From positions 1 through 53,812 of the forward strand of contig VYGS01000095.1 of assembly GCA_009841725.1 (NCBI GenBank): a stretch of 53,812 nt of DNA, written 5' to 3'. The number at the start of each line of letters is the position of its first letter. Within the stretch, counting starts at the first letter, position 1. The notes beneath the pieces were generated by a model, which had not been told where the DNA came from, did not search any database, and saw only the letters and a program-made list of their open reading frames with translations. A program made the translations under genes and the position numbers. This DNA comes from Gammaproteobacteria bacterium (GTDB taxonomy: Bacteria; Pseudomonadota; Gammaproteobacteria; Arenicellales; Poriferihabitantaceae). Below are positions 39,750 through 51,159 of this stretch, one piece after another.

Positions 39750-40133
39750 AACTCTCTACCTCTGGATGCTTGTTTCGAATGTGTCCCGAATCTTGTTGCC
39801 GATTCCTGATTCATGGGTTGTCACCTTGCCCGACCCGGCAGCAATGCTGAGCGCCCGCATGACATGGTGCGGACGGCTTGTTTCTCTGCGACTTGAGGGA
39901 AGCGGACGATAACGGCACAATATTATACAGGTTTTTTGCACTGCAATGTTGCGCCTGCCTGACCCGCAATGACCTGCCGCTCGCCGAAAACGCCTGGACT
40001 GCCGAGAGCATCGCGTTTCCGGACCGGATAAATGGCACCGGGCCAGCAGGCGAAAACGGCAGGGCCGCCCCCGAGACAGGATCCGCCTCCAGTGTATAAT
40101 TCCGGGCAGTCCAAACGAAGAGGGAATGACTTC

Positions 40134-40562
40134 ATGAGCGTCCTCGAGCGCATATCGGCCATCTTGCTGATCATCATCGGTATCGTGATCGTGACACACA
40201 AGATCGTCGAACCTTTGTATCACGACGGTACCGGAACCAGTCCTTTGTGGGCGCAGATCGACATGGCGATGGCCCTGGCGGTGGTCCTTGGCGTCTACCA
40301 CGGCTACCGCAGGCTGAGGGCGGCCGATTCGGGCCAGCCCGATGCCCCGCTCACGCGCGAATATCTCGCCTCCAACGTTCAGTTCTACGGCTTCCTGATG
40401 ATTGGCGTCTGGTTCTTCTGGAACTGGTTCAACGTTCTCAATCCCGAGTTCAAGGCGATAGAGAGAGCAACCCAGCAGGTGTTCTGGGCAATCATCGACA
40501 CCGTACTGCCCCTGCTTTCGATACTGCTTGGAATCCGCCTTCTGCGGGGTATCGAATCGTAG
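40134..40562 (+). CDS. hypothetical 4-TM membrane protein (142 aa)
   Basis: The track ORF is 40032..40562. ATG 40134 is preceded by GAGGGA. It has four hydrophobic segments (ISAILLIIIGIVIV, MAMALAVVLGVY, FYGFLMIGVWFFW and AIIDTVLPLLSILLGI). I recognise no family. Confidence 0.55.
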   Translation: MSVLERISAILLIIIGIVIVTHKIVEPLYHDGTGTSPLWAQIDMAMALAVVLGVYHGYRRLRAADSGQPDAPLTREYLASNVQFYGFLMIGVWFFWNWFNVLNPEFKAIERATQQVFWAIIDTVLPLLSILLGIRLLRGIES

Positions 40563-40608
40563 CGGAAAGTCTTCGATCGAGCTTCAGCCGGGTTCCGGCC
40601 CGCCCGGA

Positions 40609-42102
<1,494 letters not shown>

Positions 42103-42192
42103 GAAAGGAGGATCGATTCGGTTCGCGGGAAACTCCGTCCGCGATGAACGGCCGATCTTCGCAAAACACGGTACAGCAATCCGGTCACCGTT

Positions 42193-42825
42193 TCAATTCT
42201 CCCTTGCCGGACACTTCCCGAACACCAGTATCCGGTTGTTCGCCGGCATCTCGACGGATGCTTCGAAATCAAGACGGCACGATGCGGCAAGACGGAGGAT
42301 TTCACGGTCATCCCGGATACCCATCTCCGGATTCCGGGAACGGAGATGGCGATCGAAGGATGCGTTGCCGGGACTGGTGTACTCGCCCTCGCGATTGAAC
42401 GGACCGTAGATCAGGAACTTCCGGGACGGCCCCAGGATGCCGGATACCCCGGAAAACATGTCGGCAACACGGTCCCAGGACATGATGTGCGCGGTATTGG
42501 CGCTGAACACGCCGTCATATCCGTCTTCCTGCAAGGAGGCCCGGCGCCAGTGTCCGGGAATTCCGACATCGAGCTCGAGGGGATCGCCCGCATTGTGGCA
42601 TCCGGCCTGCTCAAGGTGTGCGCGGATCCATCGATGGTTCCCGAGAAGATCGCTGGTCTGCCAGAAGATGCCCGGCAACTGCCGGGCGAAATGCGCGGCA
42701 TGCTGGCCGGTGCCCGAACCGATCTCAAGAATTTTTCCGGATTCCGGAAAAAAGGCCCGAAGCACATCCAGTATCGGGGACTTGTTGCGCTCGGCGGCCT
42801 CTGCATAAAGCGGCATCCCGTCCAT
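42193..42825 (-). CDS. DUF938 class-I SAM-dependent methyltransferase-like protein
   Basis: The sequence contains AERNKSPILDVL..., ILEIGSGTGQHAAHFA, WQTSD, NTAHIMSW, YGPF and RNPEMGIRD. ATG 42825 directly abuts the asmA-family stop (TAG 42826-42828). Confidence 0.8.
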   Translation of the reverse strand: MDGMPLYAEAAERNKSPILDVLRAFFPESGKILEIGSGTGQHAAHFARQLPGIFWQTSDLLGNHRWIRAHLEQAGCHNAGDPLELDVGIPGHWRRASLQEDGYDGVFSANTAHIMSWDRVADMFSGVSGILGPSRKFLIYGPFNREGEYTSPGNASFDRHLRSRNPEMGIRDDREILRLAASCRLDFEASVEMPANNRILVFGKCPAREN

Positions 42826-45800
42826 CTATCCCTCGGACACGCCTCCCGCCTCGGTGACCGGAGCGCCGGAGCGGGCGATCTGGCAGACATCGGAATTGGC
42901 CACTTCCTTGTCCAGAAGACCCTGTGCCAGGAGGCTCAGCCCTCCTGTCACGATCGCCGCGGCCAGCGATACCCCCGTACTGAGAAAGCCCCCCGGATCG
43001 CCGACGAGTTCCGGTTCGCGCAACGTCCCGCCAACCTTGAGAATCTTCACGATGGTATTGGGACTGATGCCGAGCCCCTTCCTGGCCTTGGAGGAGAAGA
43101 CGATATCCAGATTCTCGCTCGCAAGATCGATTTGCCCGGATCCGAGAATCGTGTGATCCCTGAACTTCATGGCGAGCGAATTGTCCATCGAGGCCACGCC
43201 GTTGCCGATATCGAGACGCGCGACCCCGCACTCCACGAGATCAAATTTTTTCCTCGATTTCAGGGGAAGAATCAAATCGACCACGCCCAGCACAAGATCC
43301 CCGTGGACGAACCCCTCGTCCTTTTCGATCTGCACATCCCTGACCTCGAGATTGACGTGCCCGGTCGCGCCTGTCGCCATCTCGGACATGGAGCGGCCTT
43401 CGGCCGCCAACTCCACGTCTATCGAAAACACGCTGTTCAGGTCCGCGGCATGGCCCATGCTGTAATCCAGCGCATCGATATCGACATTCTCGCCGAAAAC
43501 ACCCAGGCGGGTGGCCCAGCGCGTACCGGCAGGCCGCAATTCAAACCACATGTCCAGAGGCACGCCGTGAGAGTGGCCCACCGAATCAATCCTCAGCACT
43601 CCCTCGTGCAACTCCAGATTTCCGGACACGTGATCCAGAACAAGCAGTCGATTCCTGTAATGACCCACATCCAGCTCGAGATCCAGATTGATGCTGTCCA
43701 GCCAGCCAAGGTCGAACGGCCGGTCCGTGAACATCCTGTCCCTGTTCTTGGTCCGCACAAGAATCCGCTCCAGATCGAACTCATCGACGAAGAGGGATCC
43801 CGAAATGTTCTGCTTTCCCGATGGAGAGAAATCGATTCGCCAGTCGCCGTTGATGCTGCGTCCGTCGATTTTTGCCCCGATGTCCACGTCCACATGCCCC
43901 TGCGGATTGTTGGTCACCCTGACGCTGCCCTCGGCAGGCACGTTCTGAAATCGGTTCAGACCGGAGAGACGATCCAGGCGGGACAATGCCTCGACCTTGA
44001 AGTCGATTTTCATGTCCCGAGTCAGAAAAGGATCGAGCGTCTCGACCGAACCCCGGGCCTCAACCCGGGCATCCTCGGCCGAAAACAGCACGGACAGATC
44101 CTCCACGCGTGGGCCGTCCCCGTCGAAAGCCAGCCTCACATCCGCCTCCATGGTTTCGGAAAGGATCGGATGCTGTTCCACCCTGTCAGGAGACAGCAGG
44201 CCCGAGAAGCGCCCCTGGTTGTCCCGCACCGTGATTCCGATCACGCCGCTCCAGTCGGGCGATTCCAGATCGACAATCTGCCCGCTTGCCATCGCAAGCC
44301 CCTCCTTGACCCTGCTGCGGATGTTCATGTCTCTCAGCGAATAGGAAACCCGTCCTTCGGACTTGCGCTCAAGATGCAGGACACCCGTACCCTCGAGCGG
44401 CATGACCGGTTCGACCAGGCTTCTCAGCAAGTCCGAATCCGTGAGTCGGCTCATGAAACGGGGCTGGTGCGCCAGTGCCGTGACGACGATTTCCCCCATT
44501 TTCCCTTTTCCGTGCAGACGCACCTCCCCGTTCGCGTCGATCGTCACGTCTTCCTCGGCGAGCTGAACGCGTATGTCCTCAAGGACCCACTCAAGATCCC
44601 CGGTCCGCTTCGCCATCGCACTTGCGGTAATCCTGTTCGTGGCCGGCCAGTCCTCTCCCAGCGCCTTGCCGACGCTCTTCAGGGAGTCCGCCTCGCCCTT
44701 CATCCGGATCGTCACGGCCCCCGGCTCCCCGGACAGCGAATAGGTTCCGACCCCCTCGAGACTCATGCCCGGCAAGCGCCCCGTCAGGGCGATGTCATCC
44801 AGTGCCAGCTCCGCATTGTCGACATGAAGCGTCGTGGCCGCCTCGACCACGATCCCTTCCGCAAGCCCGGCATATCCGGCATGCTCGAGGCCTTGGCGAT
44901 CGAAAAGCCCCTCGATGGAAAAGCTTCCTGTCATCGCGGAACCGATACCGGCGAGTTCTCCACTGGCCACGACCCGGGCGTGATCGGCGATGTCCTCGCG
45001 CGAGACGAATCGGATCTTCCTCGCGGACAGGCCGCCGCCTTGCATGACCAGTTCGGCCCGGAGCGTGGCCGGAAACAGGAACGCCGCCTCGGGGTCGACG
45101 AACGGCGCTTGCGGGGCGATCCGCATTTCAAGCCTTGCCGGTGTCTTCCAATCGCCCAGAACGTCCACGATCTCGCCGTCAATTCGGGCGGACACTCCGT
45201 CCGCCTCCAGCAACGCCTCGGAAGGGGCAAAAATCAGCTCATCAAGGCTTCCGGTGATCCGTCCCCGCATATCGACCGCCACAGAGCCACCGATTCCGGA
45301 AATACCCAGAACGGACGGGGCGACAGTTTCCCCGACCACCTCAAGCTGCAGATCGACATCCTCCAGAATTCTTTCCCGGCCCACGTCGCCGGACACCCGG
45401 AAATCGATTCCGTGACTGCCGCCCCGGATGTCCAGTGCCAGGATATCCAGCGTGTCGAGCTGGCCCGGCATGGCCAGCTCGAATTGCGATCTCGCTCCCG
45501 CAAACATGCCCAGATCGAGATCCGGCCGGCCATAGTGGGCCGCCATCCGTGAGGGGTTCCCGAACTCCATGGTGACATCCAGGAAGATCTTGCTGAAATT
45601 GCGAACGTCATGGACCGACCCTTCGGCGTGGATCGTGTTCTCCTCGCCCAGGACATGGCCGTAAAGTTCAACCTGGCTCCAGTTCTCGGAAACCAGCGTC
45701 CCGACACCCGAAATCGTGCCGGAGAGGACAGTCTCCATCCCGTCGAGCCTGCCTTCGAACAGGACGCCCGTCGAAACGGCGTCCAGCGCCCTGATTTCCA

Positions 45801-46260
45801 GCAAGTCCGCCTCGACATGCAGGGGGTTCGGCTCGCCGGCAAGGAATGCCGTGCCATTGACGATCTTCAGGCTCTGGAAATACTGTGCAAGCCAGTCCGC
45901 TCCTCCATTCCCGGCGGGATCTTCGCCTTCATCCCGTGCCGCATCCTGTCCTGAATCCCCGGCACCGATAATGCTCTTCCACAGCGCCTCGAACGAGATC
46001 TTCAATCGGGTTGTGGTAATGTCCAGATCGGCCGAGGAATCGCCAAGGTTCACCCCTTCAAGGACCAGTCCGTCAATCCGGATGTCCGGGCCCCAGTCCC
46101 ACCCCACGGTGATGTTTTCGACGGTGGTGCGGGCCCCGGTCTCCGTGCTGATATAATTGACCAGCAGTTGTTTCGGTATCCAGAGATTGATGGCGACAAC
46201 CGCTACGGCAAGCAGGCCGATCAATGCCGCCAGAAAGATTGAGAACCTTTTTATTGTCAA
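42826..46260 (-). CDS. AsmA-family large envelope protein (1144 aa)
   Basis: The start is TTG. It has an N-terminal anchor (MTIKRFSIFLAALIGLLAVAVVAINLW) and a long beta-rich body. The C-terminal region resembles an AsmA C-terminus (LGSGQIDLASENLDIVFSSKARKGLGISPNTIVKILKVGGTLREP). Confidence 0.8.
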   Translation of the reverse strand: MTIKRFSIFLAALIGLLAVAVVAINLWIPKQLLVNYISTETGARTTVENITVGWDWGPDIRIDGLVLEGVNLGDSSADLDITTTRLKISFEALWKSIIGAGDSGQDAARDEGEDPAGNGGADWLAQYFQSLKIVNGTAFLAGEPNPLHVEADLLEIRALDAVSTGVLFEGRLDGMETVLSGTISGVGTLVSENWSQVELYGHVLGEENTIHAEGSVHDVRNFSKIFLDVTMEFGNPSRMAAHYGRPDLDLGMFAGARSQFELAMPGQLDTLDILALDIRGGSHGIDFRVSGDVGRERILEDVDLQLEVVGETVAPSVLGISGIGGSVAVDMRGRITGSLDELIFAPSEALLEADGVSARIDGEIVDVLGDWKTPARLEMRIAPQAPFVDPEAAFLFPATLRAELVMQGGGLSARKIRFVSREDIADHARVVASGELAGIGSAMTGSFSIEGLFDRQGLEHAGYAGLAEGIVVEAATTLHVDNAELALDDIALTGRLPGMSLEGVGTYSLSGEPGAVTIRMKGEADSLKSVGKALGEDWPATNRITASAMAKRTGDLEWVLEDIRVQLAEEDVTIDANGEVRLHGKGKMGEIVVTALAHQPRFMSRLTDSDLLRSLVEPVMPLEGTGVLHLERKSEGRVSYSLRDMNIRSRVKEGLAMASGQIVDLESPDWSGVIGITVRDNQGRFSGLLSPDRVEQHPILSETMEADVRLAFDGDGPRVEDLSVLFSAEDARVEARGSVETLDPFLTRDMKIDFKVEALSRLDRLSGLNRFQNVPAEGSVRVTNNPQGHVDVDIGAKIDGRSINGDWRIDFSPSGKQNISGSLFVDEFDLERILVRTKNRDRMFTDRPFDLGWLDSINLDLELDVGHYRNRLLVLDHVSGNLELHEGVLRIDSVGHSHGVPLDMWFELRPAGTRWATRLGVFGENVDIDALDYSMGHAADLNSVFSIDVELAAEGRSMSEMATGATGHVNLEVRDVQIEKDEGFVHGDLVLGVVDLILPLKSRKKFDLVECGVARLDIGNGVASMDNSLAMKFRDHTILGSGQIDLASENLDIVFSSKARKGLGISPNTIVKILKVGGTLREPELVGDPGGFLSTGVSLAAAIVTGGLSLLAQGLLDKEVANSDVCQIARSGAPVTEAGGVSEG

Positions 46261-46373
46261 AGTCGTCTCAATGAGGTGAGTGGTCCGTTTCGGATGACAG
46301 CCGCCCCCACAGAATCCGGCCGGTCATTCGGTGTATCCCATAGGCAAACTATAACCCATTCCCCGTCTCAATC

Positions 46374-47240
46374 GTGCTTAATCTTGACCACAATCCGGCT
46401 ACACAGACGAATACGGAACCCGTTTCCGTCAACAGGAAAAAACTGCTGAAGCGCCTGAGAAGGAAAACCGGTCAGGCCATCGCGGACTACCGCATGATCC
46501 GGGACAAGGATCGGGTCATGGTCTGTATTTCAGGCGGCAAGGACTCCCATACCCTGCTCGATCTGCTTCTGCAACTGCGGGAAACGGCTCCCGTCCATTT
46601 CGAAATCGTCGCCGTCAACCTGGACCAGAAGCAGCCCGGGTTCCCCGGACACGTCCTGCCCGAATACCTCGGCGCGCTCGGAATCCCCTTCGACATCATC
46701 GAGCAGGACACCTACAGCGTCGTCAAGGAATTGATCCCGGAAGGCAAGACGATGTGCAGCCTCTGCTCCCGGCTGCGGCGGGGAGCCCTGTACGGATACG
46801 CCTCGAAGCACGGCATCACGAAAATCGCGCTCGGCCACCACCGGGAAGACATCATGGAAACCCTGTTTCTGAACATGTTCAATCAGGGAACGCTGAAGGC
46901 CATGCCGCCGATGCTGCGCAGCGATGACGGCAGGCATGTCGTGATCCGCCCTCTGGCCTACTGCTCCGAGAGCGACATCGCGAAATATGCCCGATGGAAG
47001 AACTTCCCGATCATCCCCTGCAACCTGTGCGGCTCGCAGGAGAATCTCCAGCGGCAAAAGATCAAGGAGATGCTTCGGGAGTGGAACGTCCACCCGGGAA
47101 GGATCGAGAACATCTTCCGCAGTATTTCGCACGTGATTCCGTCACAGCTCGCTGATCGGAAGCTGTTCGATTTCGACCGGCTCCAGAGCGGGGACGGCAC
47201 CTGGATTCCCGACTCGGTCCACCCGGACGATTCCGGCTAG
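46374..47240 (+). CDS. ttcA: tRNA 2-thiocytidine(32) synthetase
   Basis: The start is GTG. The PP-loop is CISGGKDS. The Fe-S cysteines are [10 protein letters not shown] and PCNLCGSQ. It is collinear with E. coli TtcA (from memory). Confidence 0.92.
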   Translation: MLNLDHNPATQTNTEPVSVNRKKLLKRLRRKTGQAIADYRMIRDKDRVMVCISGGKDSHTLLDLLLQLRETAPVHFEIVAVNLDQKQPGFPGHVLPEYLGALGIPFDIIEQDTYSVVKELIPEGKTMCSLCSRLRRGALYGYASKHGITKIALGHHREDIMETLFLNMFNQGTLKAMPPMLRSDDGRHVVIRPLAYCSESDIAKYARWKNFPIIPCNLCGSQENLQRQKIKEMLREWNVHPGRIENIFRSISHVIPSQLADRKLFDFDRLQSGDGTWIPDSVHPDDSG

Positions 47241-47298
47241 GCCAGGATTTCGGGCACTCCTATTGCTGCGCCGGCTGAACCCGGTTCAACAACCGCTG

Positions 47299-47580
47299 CT
47301 ACTCCTCGAGAGCCGCCTCCAGTTCTCCGTTGCGAGATGGCAAATTGCCCGCATTCTCGCGGATTCGTGCGAGTGCGGCCACGCTGGTTTGCAGCGCGCT
47401 CCTGATCAAATCCGCCTGCGATTTCAGCCGGGCGTTTTCCGCGGCAAGGGACTCGCTCCGTCCTTCCAGTTCCGCGATCCGCTGGGACTCCAGCCTTACT
47501 TCCAGATCCGTTTGGCCGAAGTAGACTCCGGCCACAAATGACGCGGTGGCGACAATGAAGAAGGCCAGAATCCGCGTCAT
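47299..47580 (-). CDS. hypothetical membrane-anchored coiled-coil protein (93 aa)
   Basis: It has an N-terminal TM helix (ILAFFIVATASFVAGVYF) followed by a heptad-like region (LEVRLESQRIAELEGRSESLAAENARLKSQADL). The ATG lies 3 nt after the argC stop. Confidence 0.45.
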   Translation of the reverse strand: MTRILAFFIVATASFVAGVYFGQTDLEVRLESQRIAELEGRSESLAAENARLKSQADLIRSALQTSVAALARIRENAGNLPSRNGELEAALEE

Positions 47581-47583
47581 CGC

Positions 47584-48630
47584 TCAGGGCACCAGCGCGA
47601 GGCCTTCCAGACCGGCCGTCTCGTCAAATCCGGCCATGACATTCATGTTCTGTATCGCCTGGCCGGCAGCGCCCTTGACAAGATTGTCCTCGACCGCGAG
47701 GACCGTGATCACCCGTCCTCCCTGCTGGCGGTGAAGCGCCAGACGGCAGCAGTTCGACCCCCTCACGCTGCGGACATCCGGATGGCTTCCGGGAGGCATC
47801 ATCCTGACAAACGGCTCATCGGCATACCGTCTGGCATACAGGTCCTGCAATGCCTCCAGCGAGACGTCGGCCCCGGAATTCCTGAGCCTGGCATAGAGCG
47901 TTGCGTGGATGCCCCGGTTCATGGGAGCCAGATGAGGGGTGAACACCAGTTCGACCTGTTCGTCCGTCGCCCCGGACAGCCCCTGCAGAATTTCCGGAAG
48001 ATGGCGGTGTCCCGATGCCGCATAGGCCCGAAACGAATCGCTCGTCTCGGAAAACGACAGGGCCAGCTCGGCCTTTCGGCCGGCGCCGGACACGCCGGAC
48101 TTGACATCGGCGATGAGCGAATCGGGCTCGACCAGGCCGCTTTCCAGAAGAGGCAGAAAGCCGATCAGAACAGAGGTCGGATAGCAGCCCGGATTGGCGA
48201 CCAGTCTCGCTCCGACCAGTTTTTCGCGATGAAATTCCGTCAGTCCGTACACGGCCTCCTCAAGCAGCTCGGGACAGGCATGGGTCATCCGATACCATCT
48301 TTCCCAGACATTCCGATCCCGCAGCCTGAAATCGGCGGACAGGTCGATCATGCGGACACCGCCGTCGAGCAACTCGCGCGCATAGGTCATCGCCACACCG
48401 TTCGGCGCGGCACTGAAGACCACATCGCAATCCAGAAGGGCAGACAATTCTGGAGCTTCGAATTCAAGCGAATAACGGCCTTCCAGCGACGGAAACAGGT
48501 CGGAAACAGGCCGTCCGGCCTGTTCCCGGGAAGTGATGTGCGTGACCTCGACCCCGGGATGGCCGGCCAGCAGCCGCAGAAGCTCGACCCCGGTATAGCC
48601 CGTACCGCCTATAATGCCTGCCTGAATCAT
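47584..48630 (-). CDS. argC: N-acetyl-gamma-glutamyl-phosphate reductase
   Basis: ORF 47584..48699, with the start at ATG 48630 ([21 protein letters not shown]). The catalytic Cys context is ANPGCYPTS. Confidence 0.95.
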   Translation of the reverse strand: MIQAGIIGGTGYTGVELLRLLAGHPGVEVTHITSREQAGRPVSDLFPSLEGRYSLEFEAPELSALLDCDVVFSAAPNGVAMTYARELLDGGVRMIDLSADFRLRDRNVWERWYRMTHACPELLEEAVYGLTEFHREKLVGARLVANPGCYPTSVLIGFLPLLESGLVEPDSLIADVKSGVSGAGRKAELALSFSETSDSFRAYAASGHRHLPEILQGLSGATDEQVELVFTPHLAPMNRGIHATLYARLRNSGADVSLEALQDLYARRYADEPFVRMMPPGSHPDVRSVRGSNCCRLALHRQQGGRVITVLAVEDNLVKGAAGQAIQNMNVMAGFDETAGLEGLALVP

Positions 48631-48855
48631 GTGCAAAATGGGTGTGATGAAAAATCCGGGCATCCCGACCGGTACCCGGCTCGTGATTGTAACAGACATC
48701 GAATTCCGTTCAGCGCGTTCGCGCTTTCATCGCGAACCGGCCGGATTCACTCTCCGAAGCCTCGCGGACTCTCTCTTGCGCCGGAATGTCTTCCACCCAA
48801 CCGGGGGCGTTTTGCGGCCCCCTTGTCGGATTCCGGTTCTGATAAAATCGTCGGC

Positions 48856-49620
48856 ATGAGAGCGGGGATTCGATCGATGGCGAAGACTTCACCGGATAGC
48901 CGTGAAGGCTTGGCATACCGATATGCGGACACCCTCGAGCGCATACGGGAGCAGACCGAACGGTACAACCGCCCGGACGGCTCGGTCAGGCTGATCGCCG
49001 TCAGCAAGCAGCATTCGGCCGAAGCGGTTGCCGCCGTCGCCCGACTGGGCCAGACGGACTTCGGAGAAAACTATGTTCAGGAAAGCCTCGCCAAGATCAG
49101 GGCCGTTGCGGCAATGCTCGGGAGCGATTCGAGTCCGCTTCCTCTTGTCTGGCACTTCATCGGACACATCCAGAGCAGAAAATGCCGGGACATCGCCGAA
49201 ACCTTCGACTGGGTGCATACGATCGACAGCGAGAAAGTGGCGAGGCGACTCGACACGTATCGTGCCGACAAGGCACCCCTTCAGTCGCTGATCCAGGTCA
49301 ACCTTCAGGATGAGCCGGGAAAGTCCGGCATTTCCGCCGACCGAATCGGCGATCTGGCTGCACTGGTGGACTCGCTCCCGAATCTTGAACTGAGAGGACT
49401 GATGGCCATTCCCCGCCCGCAGACGGAATTTTCACTGCAGCGCGACGTTTTTCGCCAGATGCGGGAACTGCTCGAACACCACCGGTGCCGACATGGCAGA
49501 ATGGACCAGCTTTCCATGGGCATGAGCGACGACATGGAGGCGGCCATTTCCGAAGGCGCCACCCTGATCCGCGTCGGAACCGCCGTGTTCGGCCCGCGAA
49601 CAATCAATCAATCAACCTGA
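48856..49620 (+). CDS. yggS: YggS-family pyridoxal-phosphate homeostasis protein
   Basis: This is the real C-terminal part of the 629-aa track ORF 47731..49620. ATG 48856 (or 48877) is the start. The sequence contains VRLIAVSKQHS (PLP Lys), FGENYVQE, WHFIGHIQSRK, LSMGMSDD and IRVGTAVFG. Confidence 0.9.
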   Translation: MRAGIRSMAKTSPDSREGLAYRYADTLERIREQTERYNRPDGSVRLIAVSKQHSAEAVAAVARLGQTDFGENYVQESLAKIRAVAAMLGSDSSPLPLVWHFIGHIQSRKCRDIAETFDWVHTIDSEKVARRLDTYRADKAPLQSLIQVNLQDEPGKSGISADRIGDLAALVDSLPNLELRGLMAIPRPQTEFSLQRDVFRQMRELLEHHRCRHGRMDQLSMGMSDDMEAAISEGATLIRVGTAVFGPRTINQST

Positions 49621-49631
49621 AACTGACGAAC

Positions 49632-50456
49632 ATGAATGTAAAACTCGCTTTCGTAGGCGGTGGAAACATGGCCCGGAGCATCGTCGGCGGCCTAGTGGCG
49701 AACGATTACGACCCCGCCCTGATACGCGTCTCCGATCCGCTTGCCAGTCAACGCGAAATGCTGTCCAAGCGATTCCCGGTCCGAACGGCAAAGAGCAATC
49801 TGGAATGCATTGACGATGCCGACATCGTGATCATGGCAATCAAGCCACAAGTCATGAAAACGGCCCTTGAATCCATCCGCAGTCACCTTCAGCCTTCATC
49901 GCAGCTCATGATATCGATCGCGGCCGGCATCCGGATCGAGGACATCATGCGCTGGTCCGGCTGCAAGCTTCCGCTGGTCCGGGTGATGCCCAACACCCCT
50001 GCCCTGATCGGCTGCGGTGCATCGGTCCTGTGCGCCAACGACATCGCCCAGGATTTCCACAAGAAAATGGCGGAATCCGTCATGCGGGCTGTGGGCGAAG
50101 TGGCGTGGATCGACAGCGAAAACGACATGGATGCGGTAACCGGGATTTCCGGGAGCGGTCCGGCGTATTTCTTTCGCGTCATGGAAATCATGATCGAGGC
50201 GGCCGAAAAGAACGGTCTGGATCCGAAACTGTCGAAAAGCCTGGTACTGCAAACCGCACTGGGAGCGGCCCGGCTGGCTCAGGACAGCCCGCTGTCTCCG
50301 GGCGAGTTGCGAAAACAGGTCACCTCGAAAAGGGGGACCACCGAGGCGGCCCTCGAGCAGATGGAAAATTCCGGCATCGCAACGATTTTCGAAGCCGGCA
50401 TCACGGCCGCGGTGGATCGTTCCCGAGAACTCGCATTGGAAATGGGAAGGGAATAA
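49632..50456 (+). CDS. proC: pyrroline-5-carboxylate reductase
   Basis: The internal ATG 49632 gives MNVKLAFVGGGNMARSIVGGL. The sequence also contains VMPNTPALIG, SGSGPAYFF and VTSKRGTTEAAL. Confidence 0.92.
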   Translation: MNVKLAFVGGGNMARSIVGGLVANDYDPALIRVSDPLASQREMLSKRFPVRTAKSNLECIDDADIVIMAIKPQVMKTALESIRSHLQPSSQLMISIAAGIRIEDIMRWSGCKLPLVRVMPNTPALIGCGASVLCANDIAQDFHKKMAESVMRAVGEVAWIDSENDMDAVTGISGSGPAYFFRVMEIMIEAAEKNGLDPKLSKSLVLQTALGAARLAQDSPLSPGELRKQVTSKRGTTEAALEQMENSGIATIFEAGITAAVDRSRELALEMGRE

Positions 50457-51028
50457 TGCCTTATATCCAGAATACGCTGGCGTTTGCGATCGATACCGTT
50501 CTGGGCCTGTACCTGATCGTCGTCCTTCTGCGATTCGTCTTCCAGCAATGCCGGGCCGATCACCGCAATCCGCTTTCCGTGGCGATCATTCGCCTGACCG
50601 ACACCCCCTTGCGTGCTTTCAGGCGCATGGTCCCGGGCCTTTTCGGCATCGACATGGCATGTCTGGTTCTCGCTCTCGCCATCAGCATGATCCAGATTGC
50701 CCTGATCATGGGCGTCTCGGGCTATTCCCTGGACATTCCGGCCATTGCCGTGCTGGCCTTGAACGACGTGCTCAAGACAATGATCTGGATTCTGATCATC
50801 GCGATTCTGGCCGCGGCCATCATGAGCTGGTTCATGCGTTCCTACCATCCGGTCCTCTATCTGGCGGTGCAGATCAGCGAACCGGTGCTGCGTCCGTTCC
50901 GCAGCCTGCTGCCCGCGGTCGGGGGACTGGATCTCTCCCCGCTATTGGCTCTTTTTGTCCTGAACCTGCTGCTCAGGCTGGTTGTGGCCCCGATCGGCGA
51001 CTTCGGGCGCTATCTGATATACGGCTGA
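50456..51028 (+). CDS. yggT: YggT-family membrane protein
   Basis: The ATG overlaps the proC TAA (TAATG). The sequence contains two YggT repeats with ...LRPFRSLLP..GGLDLSPL. The yggS-proC-yggT order is canonical. Confidence 0.85.
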   Translation: MPYIQNTLAFAIDTVLGLYLIVVLLRFVFQQCRADHRNPLSVAIIRLTDTPLRAFRRMVPGLFGIDMACLVLALAISMIQIALIMGVSGYSLDIPAIAVLALNDVLKTMIWILIIAILAAAIMSWFMRSYHPVLYLAVQISEPVLRPFRSLLPAVGGLDLSPLLALFVLNLLLRLVVAPIGDFGRYLIYG

Positions 51029-51159
51029 TTCCGCTCCTGCCGCCCCCGGTGCATCCGCACTTGGCAGGTCCGGTACCCCGCCCCAAGTACCGTGCACCTT
51101 GGGGAAGCAGGCTCAAGTTCGGACAGGACGGGCCAACCGGTCTCGAGCCAGGTCGCGGT

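Noticed and set aside
39750-40000. Search for a sigma54 (TGGCAC-N5-TTGCA) glnAp2 promoter and NtrC sites upstream of glnA
   Set aside because: I found only off-register candidates on the minus strand. GGGCGC-tcagca-TTGC is 1 nt too long. GGCGCA-aca-TTGCA is 1 nt too short. GGCAAC-aaga-TTCG has the correct spacing but CG instead of the invariant -12 GC. A consensus TATAAT (39927..39922) lies about 173 nt upstream, but I cannot support a sigma54 promoter.
42346-45552. 1068-aa + strand ORF
   Set aside because: It is antisense to the AsmA-family gene. It is Arg/His/Pro/Gly-rich and low in complexity, and has no TM or domain signature. It is a shadow ORF.
47731-48855. The first 375 codons of the 629-aa ORF 47731..49620
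   Set aside because: This part is antisense to argC and happens to be in frame with yggS. Only the portion from ATG 48856 shows YggS motifs.
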